16,853 bases of DNA, taken from assembly GCA_038046605.1 (NCBI GenBank), contig JBBSVW010000080.1, forward strand, positions 1-16,853. The letters are read 5' to 3'. The stretch comes from Candidatus Micrarchaeota archaeon. GTDB lineage: Archaea > Micrarchaeota > Micrarchaeia > Norongarragalinales > SBBD01. How positions within the stretch are numbered: position 1 is the first letter of the stretch; each line of letters starts with the position of its first letter. The position numbers and the translations under genes were made by a program. Below are positions 8,230 to 15,891 of the stretch, in pieces. Under the pieces are notes generated by a model that worked only from the letters and a program-made list of their open reading frames with translations, did no database searches and was not told the origin of the DNA.

Positions 8230-8841
8230 TCAGGTGACTACAGACGCATTAAGGGTTATGACCCGAACAACCGGCAAACCCACAGTTGCGCCCGTATAGT
8301 TTGCATATAAGCTCACGTTCGTGTCAAAGCAGGGCGTATTGAGGCCAACGTTTTGGGTGATGTTCATCCACCAGGTTGCATTGAGGTTCCCAGCACCGCT
8401 TGTCAGGTCGCATACGGCAATTACCGATTGCGGGCAGCCAACTGCCTTTGTCGAATTGGCGCAAAGCTTGATGGTTGCAGGAAGCGCCGTTGAAAGGTTC
8501 ATCACAACGGAAATATTCACGTTCCCGGTGTTCCTTATGCGGTATGCAGGGAAGTTCCAACCGTCCTGGCAGCTGGTCCGATCCACATTTGAGCAGGGCT
8601 GGACAAGTTCGGCGTATGCATTTGTGGTATTGAAATAATACGATTCGGTATAGTTCCCAATGAGGGCGGATTTTGATGTTGTGAAATTGGCATATGTGCT
8701 TCCAAGCGTGAAGACGGTAAATGTGGTGGAAACATCAACTGAGAATATGACGGTCGTTTGCACGAATTGGGCTGCGGCAATTACCGCCATCATGCCAATC
8801 ACCAAAAGAACGCTAAACTTCAAGGATTTCAAAATTGCCAT
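8230..8841 (-). CDS. Small secreted Cys-rich glycoprotein; putative major filament subunit (pilin-like)
   Basis: Signal peptide ending AAA|QF, no TM anchor, 6 Cys, 11 N-x-S/T sequons, and a YRIRNTGNV motif. GGAAGGTG Shine-Dalgarno precedes ATG 8841 (track start GTG 8850). Confidence 0.85.
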   Translation of the reverse strand: MAILKSLKFSVLLVIGMMAVIAAAQFVQTTVIFSVDVSTTFTVFTLGSTYANFTTSKSALIGNYTESYYFNTTNAYAELVQPCSNVDRTSCQDGWNFPAYRIRNTGNVNISVVMNLSTALPATIKLCANSTKAVGCPQSVIAVCDLTSGAGNLNATWWMNITQNVGLNTPCFDTNVSLYANYTGATVGLPVVRVITLNASVVT

Positions 8842-8883
8842 AGGTTCCACCTTCCAAAACTATAATTTAACTAATCAGGGGCG

Positions 8884-8899
8884 GTATATAATCATTCCG
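8884..8899 (-). promoter_or_regulatory. Putative TATA promoter of the small secreted protein
   Basis: Minus strand CGGAATGATTATATAC, ~45 nt upstream of ATG 8841, leaving room for a short SD-containing leader. Confidence 0.5.
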
Positions 8900-9010
8900 A
8901 TTTCCCCCCCCAATTGAAGCCGGAGGAGGCCAACTCTCCTAAAAATAGCCTTCTTTTACGCTATTTCAAATTTAGGCATTACGCCCAAATCACAAAATGA
9001 ATAAAATCAA

Positions 9011-12000
9011 TCACGTGAGCGTCGAATTGATCGTGAGCACCCGCACAATTGGGACGCCGGGGGCAACATTTGTGAAATTGGCATAAATCGTGACATTGGC
9101 ATCAAAGCAAATGGAATCCGTCCCAAGGTTGCTTGCCGCAAGGAACCACGCGGATGCGTTGATGTTGCCCTCCCCTTTAAGATCGCAAAGCGGGATCGTA
9201 TTCGTTCCGCAGCCTGCGGGGGAGGTTGAGTTTGCACAAACCCGAACACCGCTAGCTAATACGGATGATGAAAGGTTTAGCCATATTGTCATGTTGGCAT
9301 TTGCCGTGTTCCTGACCCTGTAGGCGGGCCTGGCGGGGCCATTTTGGCAATCCGTCACACCGTCGGCATTCCCGCATGGCGCAACAAGCTGTGCGAACTG
9401 GCTTGTAGAGTTGAAGAAATATCCTTCGGTGTAATTTCCCGGCAGGGCAAGCTTTGAATTTGTGTAATTCGCGCCAGCCAAGCCTAATGTGAAAACCGTA
9501 AAGGAAGTCGAGGCGGTTGGCGTTATCACCAGATCGGAAACGCATTTCGTAAGCCCATCCGCATAGGTATCAGTTGGAGTGACACAGCAGGTCGCGTTCA
9601 TGTTTACTGCGAGCTCTTGGGCAGCTGTTGCATTTTGCCTCATCTGGTAAAGAAGGTCTATTTGCTCTGGCGAAAGAGTCGAATTGTAAATGCGGACTTC
9701 GTCGATGCTGCCGGAGAAGGGGTTTGCGTTCGCGCTGCCCTTGATTCCCACCGAGAAATTTGAAGTGGCGGTAGTTTGGGTTCTAGCGGGGGTGTCAAGC
9801 AAAGATCGGTTAACTTCGGTGCCATTGATATAGAGAATAAGGGCCGTTGTATTGTACGAGCAGGCGGCAAATACCTGCCTATTCAGCCACACCCCCGATG
9901 GCGCCCTGAAATTCACGCGCATAATTCCCGAGCTATTTTTCACCTGGCACGCTATGTGCATGTCGCCGCTCAAGCTCTGCAAATATATGTTGTAGCCATC
10001 CTGATTTATAGTGTCTTCCGTGCTTACAATATACTTGTTCGCCGCAGCGAAGGCCGTCGCATTGAACCACGTCATCCATGTGAAATTGTCCTTTACGTCC
10101 AATTGGGGCGCCGATGATATGCTGGCGGTGAACCAACCGCTCCCATCCACATATACCCCCCCAGCCCCGACCGCATTGCCCCCATATGTTGCGTTTGCAT
10201 AATTGAACCAAGCGGGCCTCCTTGCTGCGACCTGAATATATAAAGTCGAATTATGGCGCGAATAATCCTTCACAATAGGGCTATAGGTCATTTCCTTATC
10301 GAATGGCAAATACAGCAATAAAGATTCGTTGGCAAGCCCTCCGGATGCATTGAACCTGAAAGTGTAAATGTTGTAAACCGGATCGCCATCCGCATCAGCT
10401 GTGCTTTGGTTGAGGCATGTCAGGTTGGATCCGGTTTCAGGCGGGTTGGGATTGAACGTAGGCGCATTATGCGTTGGGAAGGTGTTTGGCAAAATGAGGC
10501 GAACCTGCCCGCTTGCGGTAAAATTCACTTCCCCGGTTGCATTCGGCTTATATCCATCCGCATCCCCGCTGAAATTGTAGGGGTTGTAGCAGGTTATGGA
10601 TGATTGCGGGATGCAATATGTAGGGTATGTGAACGTGCCGCTTGCATCGTACTCCGAGAGTGTCTTCCAAATCCATGTCGGAGAGCCCGTGAAATATTTT
10701 TGCTGGGGTATGGCTGCGCTTGTCGAATTGAAAATTTGGATGAACGCGTTGTTTATTCCCTCGCCGGCTGCATCGGTTATATTCACCAGCACGTACCAGC
10801 TGACATTGAAGGTGTTGACACCCGTTCCCCAGCCGTTTGCTGAATGGTTGAATGTGGAATTCACGAAAAGGTTGTTTTGCGAGTTGCTTTGGGAATTTAT
10901 GCTGTAAGATAGCGGATTTAGGTAAAGTTCCGTGAAGGAGGAATTTGTGAAATTATTCAGGCTGCTCCCGAAGAGGGAGATGGCGGACGTATTGCCGTAA
11001 AGCGTTGAATTGCCGATGCCGCCGGAAATGTTCGTTGCAGCAACGCGCTCAAAAACCGAAAAATTGGAAGATGAGATGAAAATGCCCGAGCCCTTTCCGG
11101 GAGCGGAATTGGTCCTGCCGGTGCCGTTTGCGCCGCCAAGCGAAGTGTTCATTGAAATGCCAATGAAAGTGTTGTTGTTTGAAATGAGCATGAATATGAG
11201 GGAGGAGTTTCCGCCGATGCCTCCATTGCCCCTTGTGCCAGCACCGGGACCGCCGCCATCCCCGCCCTTGCCGGCATATATTGTGCGGATCACACCGGTT
11301 TGGAAAGTATTATTGAACGATGAAGCAGCCAAATAAATGCCATACCCGTTGCCTCCTAAACCGCCATTTCCGCCGACTTGTCCACTAAACGGGAGGCCTC
11401 CATTCCCCCCCCCATATGATGAAATATTAATGAAGGAAAAATTAGTGAACAAGGAATTGGCGGAACCTTGAAGGTAAAGGAAGATCGCTTCCCCGCCATT
11501 CCCCCCATTTCCTCCAGCACCATTGCCTACTGATGAATCATCGCTCCCCAAGCCGCCTTCTCCCGAACTGATGTTTCTGACGGAAAGATTCGCAAAGCTG
11601 TTATTGAACGAATTGAAAAGGGTTAGGCCGGTTGAAAAGCCCCCGGGACCGCCAGGAGACGTTGATATGTCGCTGCCGCCTTCCCCGCCTTTGAAGGAAG
11701 TTACGCCTACAATTGTTGTGTTGATGAAAACGGAATCGTTGCTGTTGATGGAAAATAGGCCCGTCGCATTTCCCGCAGGGATTCCAGTTGTTGCCGCAGC
11801 AGTGCTTGCAGGCTTTCCTCCATTTATTCTTTCAGCCCATATGTGGGAAAAGGAATTGTTCTGGTTTTTTTCCGTGAAGATGCCAAAGCCCGTGCCGGGA
11901 ATCCCTCCGCCGGTGGTATTTGCCGCCGTCAGCCGGAACATCGACAGTTTGGTGATAAAAGTATTGGAAACATTATTCATGTAAAGGCCGGTGATGTTCC

Positions 12001-13936
12001 TCCCATTTCCCGTTGCAAAAAGCGCCGGGAAATCACTCATTAACTGCGAAGTAAGGTTGCTGTTGGAGGAATGCGTTATGGAAATCCCAAAATTCGTCTC
12101 GTTCAGGAAAGTATTGTTTATGAGAGTGAGGTTAATCGCGTTTTGCGCCGAAATCCCCCTGCTGAAATTCTTGATGATGCAATTCTTGATAACGACGTTA
12201 TTCGCATTAGTTATGTTGATCCCATAGCCGGATGTGCCGTTGCCCAAGATGAGCGCACCTCCGCAGTCCAAAATGACGTTGTTCGTTGTGATATTGAAGC
12301 ACGTGCCGGCGCTGTTGATGGTGCTCGCATTGATGGTTCCAGCCTCATATTTCCTGCTTTCCGTTATCGTATCGCAGGTGTTGGTGAAATAGGAGACGTT
12401 GTAGAAGAGGGCGTCCCATGTGACCGTTCTTGTGCCGGCTCCAGACTGGGAAAGCTGGGCGGTTAAAGTAGATTGGGATCCACCGCTGAAGAAATCCTTG
12501 CAAACCCATGTGCTTGCCATTACATTCGTGCAGGTTAGGCCCGGATCCGCGCTGGTGCCGGGGCATGAGGCGGATACTGATTTTGACGTTCCTGACCTTC
12601 CACCCAAAGCATTAATGGAACAACTGGCAACGGTGCCCGCGGTTCTCCACCACTCATAGCAGACGGTGACATTGAAAATTGCGCCGCAATTCGTAATCGT
12701 GCTATTCAGGTATTGGACTTCCCTTCCGGCAACATCGCCGCTAACCGATACCGTCTGGGTTTCCGAGTTGGCGTCATTGCAATCAACAAGGTCGTTTCCG
12801 GCGGTGCAAAGATTGCTCGGATAGGTTCCGTCGCAAATGGCGAGATAGCCAAACTCCGCATTATTGTATTCTAAACAGCTCTGGGCTCGTAGCTCCGTTT
12901 GACCCCCTGGCTCCGCAACCGGATCCGAGAGGATGATGAAATAGCCGCCGTCATCAATGCCGATTCCTTCAGCTGAAAGGGAAGTGCCAAAATCATACTT
13001 GGTTGGCGGAATGGTTCGTTGAGGGGTTTTCAGCACATATGTTTTCGAGATTGTGCCTACTTGCCCGGAAACATCCCAGCTGATCTTGCTGATTCCGGGG
13101 GAAATTTCCGTAACGATTCCGCCTGCAATATCCACAATTTGCCATTCCGTGGGAAACATATCGGATAGGATCGCATTTTGGAGGGGATCAAATATCTCAA
13201 CTGAAACCGTAATTGAAACTTCGGTAAGAGGCGGCGCCTTGTGCTGCCCGCATTTTGGGCAACCCACATTCCTTGAGAACGACTTTGAGGAAAGCGCCTT
13301 TATTTGAGGGGATGGGGCGGGAGTGGGAAGCACGGAAGGGGTGGCATTTGCATCAATGGTTGGAGTGGAGGATGAAACCGCACTTGGCTGGGCGCTTGGG
13401 GTTTCGGATGGGGAGGGTGTTGGCGCGGCCGAGGGAATTATGGAAGGGGTTGGCGAAATGGAAGGGGATGGAACGGGAGTGGCAGCTGGCGATGGGGATG
13501 CGCCAACGGAGGGGGTTGGGGAAAAAACGGGTTCGGATAGGGTGGTGAACTGGATGGCAGGACTATTCACGCAGCCGGCATAAGTGCAAGCCTCAACGTG
13601 CGCAGAATAAAGCGCAGGGGTTTCGAGGAGAGAAATGACATAGGAATGAAATAGGGCGATTTCAACCAATGGAATTGATGTTTCGGATCCACCGAAGGCT
13701 TCTTTTTTGTAAAATATTGTTGAATTCGTGAAAACGTCCGTCTCCCAGCTGAGGTTTGCGGAAGTTGAGCCCACATCAAGCGCCTGGAAATTAATTATTG
13801 TGGGAAGTGAATCCGAAAGGGGTTCTCCGGCGATGGAGGCAGGATAAAAGGCAAAAAGAAGCACGATTATGGCAACTGCTAATGCAATGAAATTGGCGAA
13901 TATGAAGTAGCCCCTAAGTTCCCGTCGAAATCCCAT
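9011..13936 (-). CDS. Giant secreted adhesin-like protein (FN3-like, P/S/T linker, Ig-like, Cys-rich, right-handed beta-helix, LamG, C-terminal pilin-like domain)
   Basis: N-terminal signal, TSANLSWETD (FN3-like), CFNITTNNVILDCGG...INITNANNVVIKNCIIKNF (NosD/CASH-type beta-helix), FSGSIDEVRIYNSTLS (LamG). The last ~166 aa are paralogous to the 8230-8841 product. No C-terminal TM. Confidence 0.9.
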   Translation of the reverse strand: MGFRRELRGYFIFANFIALAVAIIVLLFAFYPASIAGEPLSDSLPTIINFQALDVGSTSANLSWETDVFTNSTIFYKKEAFGGSETSIPLVEIALFHSYVISLLETPALYSAHVEACTYAGCVNSPAIQFTTLSEPVFSPTPSVGASPSPAATPVPSPSISPTPSIIPSAAPTPSPSETPSAQPSAVSSSTPTIDANATPSVLPTPAPSPQIKALSSKSFSRNVGCPKCGQHKAPPLTEVSITVSVEIFDPLQNAILSDMFPTEWQIVDIAGGIVTEISPGISKISWDVSGQVGTISKTYVLKTPQRTIPPTKYDFGTSLSAEGIGIDDGGYFIILSDPVAEPGGQTELRAQSCLEYNNAEFGYLAICDGTYPSNLCTAGNDLVDCNDANSETQTVSVSGDVAGREVQYLNSTITNCGAIFNVTVCYEWWRTAGTVASCSINALGGRSGTSKSVSASCPGTSADPGLTCTNVMASTWVCKDFFSGGSQSTLTAQLSQSGAGTRTVTWDALFYNVSYFTNTCDTITESRKYEAGTINASTINSAGTCFNITTNNVILDCGGALILGNGTSGYGINITNANNVVIKNCIIKNFSRGISAQNAINLTLINNTFLNETNFGISITHSSNSNLTSQLMSDFPALFATGNGRNITGLYMNNVSNTFITKLSMFRLTAANTTGGGIPGTGFGIFTEKNQNNSFSHIWAERINGGKPASTAAATTGIPAGNATGLFSINSNDSVFINTTIVGVTSFKGGEGGSDISTSPGGPGGFSTGLTLFNSFNNSFANLSVRNISSGEGGLGSDDSSVGNGAGGNGGNGGEAIFLYLQGSANSLFTNFSFINISSYGGGNGGLPFSGQVGGNGGLGGNGYGIYLAASSFNNTFQTGVIRTIYAGKGGDGGGPGAGTRGNGGIGGNSSLIFMLISNNNTFIGISMNTSLGGANGTGRTNSAPGKGSGIFISSSNFSVFERVAATNISGGIGNSTLYGNTSAISLFGSSLNNFTNSSFTELYLNPLSYSINSQSNSQNNLFVNSTFNHSANGWGTGVNTFNVSWYVLVNITDAAGEGINNAFIQIFNSTSAAIPQQKYFTGSPTWIWKTLSEYDASGTFTYPTYCIPQSSITCYNPYNFSGDADGYKPNATGEVNFTASGQVRLILPNTFPTHNAPTFNPNPPETGSNLTCLNQSTADADGDPVYNIYTFRFNASGGLANESLLLYLPFDKEMTYSPIVKDYSRHNSTLYIQVAARRPAWFNYANATYGGNAVGAGGVYVDGSGWFTASISSAPQLDVKDNFTWMTWFNATAFAAANKYIVSTEDTINQDGYNIYLQSLSGDMHIACQVKNSSGIMRVNFRAPSGVWLNRQVFAACSYNTTALILYINGTEVNRSLLDTPARTQTTATSNFSVGIKGSANANPFSGSIDEVRIYNSTLSPEQIDLLYQMRQNATAAQELAVNMNATCCVTPTDTYADGLTKCVSDLVITPTASTSFTVFTLGLAGANYTNSKLALPGNYTEGYFFNSTSQFAQLVAPCGNADGVTDCQNGPARPAYRVRNTANANMTIWLNLSSSVLASGVRVCANSTSPAGCGTNTIPLCDLKGEGNINASAWFLAASNLGTDSICFDANVTIYANFTNVAPGVPIVRVLTINSTLT
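13310..13540 (-). repeat. Low-complexity Pro/Ser/Thr linker (SPTPS/TPSP-type repeats) within the giant ORF
   Basis: SPTPSVGASPSPAATPVPSPSISPTPSIIPSAAPTPSPSETPS...; appears as a G-rich tract on the plus strand. Confidence 0.8.
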
Positions 13937-13955
13937 GCATTTGCTACTGCAGCAT

Positions 13956-13972
13956 CTTTAAAACGAGTTTCG
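13956..13972 (-). promoter_or_regulatory. Putative BRE/TATA promoter of the giant gene (likely leaderless)
   Basis: Minus strand CGAAACTCGTTTTAAAG with the TATA-like box 20-27 nt upstream of ATG 13936. No SD seen. Confidence 0.4.
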
Positions 13973-14087
13973 CTGTAATTAAGGAATGCAGTGAACACGG
14001 AAGGTTGTGTAAATATTCTCTTTTGTGTAAAAAGTAATAAATCTGCGTAAAAAAACCAGTTTATTCCCGATTTGCCCCGAAAACCCC

Positions 14088-15377
14088 CTAATCGCCAAAT
14101 TCTAAGAGTTCTTTTTGCCTTGCTTTTAAGAGCATCCATTTTATTTTAGGGTCGACACTCCAATATTTGTCTTTTCCATCCTTTCTTCTTAAATAAATGC
14201 AGCCATGAACTTCCAGTTGACTAAGATATGTTGAAATATTTGAACGGGCTATTTTTGTATTTCTCGATAGGTTTCTATTTGTGATTTCTTGAAATTTTAC
14301 AGCCTCCATAAGTACGTCTTTCGCTCTTTTTGGAAGACCTTGTAAATACCTTTTTTCAACGATGGTTTTCAGGGTAGCAGCCAATAAATTATGAGTTAAG
14401 GTTATTGGCCGTTCATTGGTAATTTCGGTTACGGCAGTTGATAAACTATTTAGGATGTTCCTAATGTTTCCCCCATATAGTTCATATAGTGTTTTGAGAA
14501 CTCCTTCGTTATAAGGAACCGAATAATTTAATGAATCGCTCATCCTTAATCTCCTTATTCTAATTTCCAATATTTTTTTAATATCTTCGAAAGAAAGTTC
14601 ATTTAGAAGTATCGGAGTATCTGACATTATTGAAGACATCCTGGGCATGCTTTGAAATGTTGTGTGAGTCGTTAAATTCCCAACAAAAACAAAATGAGCC
14701 TTATCGTTCTGAAAAAAGTCCCTCAAGTCCTCAAAAAGCTCCCTCATCGTTTTTTCAGGCAGCCTCTCCAAATTATTATAGTGCAGTATAATATCCTTCC
14801 CCGTTTTTTTCACAATCTCGTCTACTATATCGTTGAAAAAATCAATTAGCCCCAAACTTGAAGGTGCATCGTTTGTTCTTATGCTTTTATTGATATCCGC
14901 CCCAAAACCTGCAATGTTTACTGCGGTAATATTTCGTTCGACTGAACTTAGTTCCACAAAGTTGGCAAGTTTATCGAAAGATTCTTTTTGCAATATCTTA
15001 TCTTGATTCAATTTTAAAGTTGAATAAATTGCATGTAGCGTATTGGTAACAAAAGAAGCCGCATTCCAGTCCGACAGAACGCCAACTTCTTTAAAAGGGG
15101 TGAAATGCCCCCTTTCCATTGCGCGAATACGGGCTACATTTACAAAACTAGTTTTCCCAACACCAACATCCCCGCACACTAGGATTCCGTTCCCTCCACT
15201 TGAACCGAATATTTTTCTTAACCTTGCAAGTTCCTCTTCCCTGCCGCAAAAACTTTCAATAGGTAACACTCCGCCCCGAACCAATAAGGGGGAGGTTGAA
15301 AATGGGTTTGTTTTCAAACCATAAATTTCCCATAAGTTCTCGTTGTAATTTTCGTTCCGTTTTTCGTTAAAATCCAT
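14088..15377 (-). CDS. AAA-type P-loop ATPase with C-terminal winged HTH
   Basis: N-terminal YGLKTNPF, F.GREEE, Walker A GDVGVGKTS, GGNIR motif, and a C-terminal HTH/wing (ITNRNLSRNTKIARSNISTYLSQLEVHGCI...KYWSV). Confidence 0.88.
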   Translation of the reverse strand: MDFNEKRNENYNENLWEIYGLKTNPFSTSPLLVRGGVLPIESFCGREEELARLRKIFGSSGGNGILVCGDVGVGKTSFVNVARIRAMERGHFTPFKEVGVLSDWNAASFVTNTLHAIYSTLKLNQDKILQKESFDKLANFVELSSVERNITAVNIAGFGADINKSIRTNDAPSSLGLIDFFNDIVDEIVKKTGKDIILHYNNLERLPEKTMRELFEDLRDFFQNDKAHFVFVGNLTTHTTFQSMPRMSSIMSDTPILLNELSFEDIKKILEIRIRRLRMSDSLNYSVPYNEGVLKTLYELYGGNIRNILNSLSTAVTEITNERPITLTHNLLAATLKTIVEKRYLQGLPKRAKDVLMEAVKFQEITNRNLSRNTKIARSNISTYLSQLEVHGCIYLRRKDGKDKYWSVDPKIKWMLLKARQKELLEFGD

Positions 15378-15489
15378 AGTCTAACCACTTAGTCTTACCT
15401 TTTCTTATAATTATAATAAAAGCAATATTTATAAACATTACCATACGCATATTAGTTATAATAAAAGTCATAATTAAGGCATTATAACT

Positions 15490-15756
15490 ATGCGGCAAGA
15501 AGGGGAAATGCTATGGAAATGCAGCAAATGCGGGAAAACATATCTCGACTCGGCCGATGCCCAAAAGGCACTGCTGCTGAACAAGCTGAAGAAAGGGGTG
15601 GAAGTGAAGGTTGGCCAGCTCGGAAACAGCCGGGTATTCAGATTTCCGGCGAAAATATCCCAGCTTCTTGGGCTGAGGGCGGGCGCGTATGTCAAGGCGA
15701 CTCCCAAACTCCAAGACGGAAAGATGGTGTTGGAGATAAGGCCTTCGAAAGGGTAA
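15490..15756 (+). CDS. AbrB/MazE/SpoVT-like DNA-binding protein with N-terminal CxxC knuckle
   Basis: WKCSKCGKTY followed by KVGQLGNSRVFRFPAKISQLLGLRAG (AbrB swapped-hairpin signature). An alternative start ATG 15508 follows GAAGGGGA. Confidence 0.8.
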   Translation: MRQEGEMLWKCSKCGKTYLDSADAQKALLLNKLKKGVEVKVGQLGNSRVFRFPAKISQLLGLRAGAYVKATPKLQDGKMVLEIRPSKG

Positions 15757-15891
15757 GCAAGCGCGGAAGGTTCGAAAGGGTTTTCGCTTCTGTAAAAAAA
15801 TTAACCGCAATGAATCCGGTAAACTTCCAGTTGAGTTTTAATCAAACAAAGAAATATATAGAAAATCGGTCTTAAAGGATGAGGTGAGATA

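Noticed and set aside
13236-13272. CPKCGQH as a c-type heme site
   Set aside because: Spacing is CxxCxxH, not CxxCH.
9090-13583. Many 60-150 aa plus-strand ORFs within the giant gene
   Set aside because: Antisense to a coherent 1641-aa CDS; low-complexity mirror translations with no motifs.
13850-13936. Possible class III (type IV pilin) signal peptide in the giant (LRG|YF); likewise KKGG|FA in the 311-aa protein
   Set aside because: Residues around the putative sites do not fit the archaeal prepilin peptidase consensus. The giant has a plausible signal peptidase I site (ASIA|GE), and no PilB/PilC genes are in the window.
14088-15377. ATPase as Orc1/Cdc6 or a transposon TnsC/TniB
   Set aside because: Lacks the Cdc6 Walker B (LDEID-type) and typical N-terminus; no transposase, integrase or terminal repeats are nearby.
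15744-15781. 11-bp direct repeat TTCGAAAGGGT (15744-15754, 15771-15781)
   Set aside because: Only two short copies 16 nt apart; not a CRISPR array, and no element lies between them to make it a target-site duplication.
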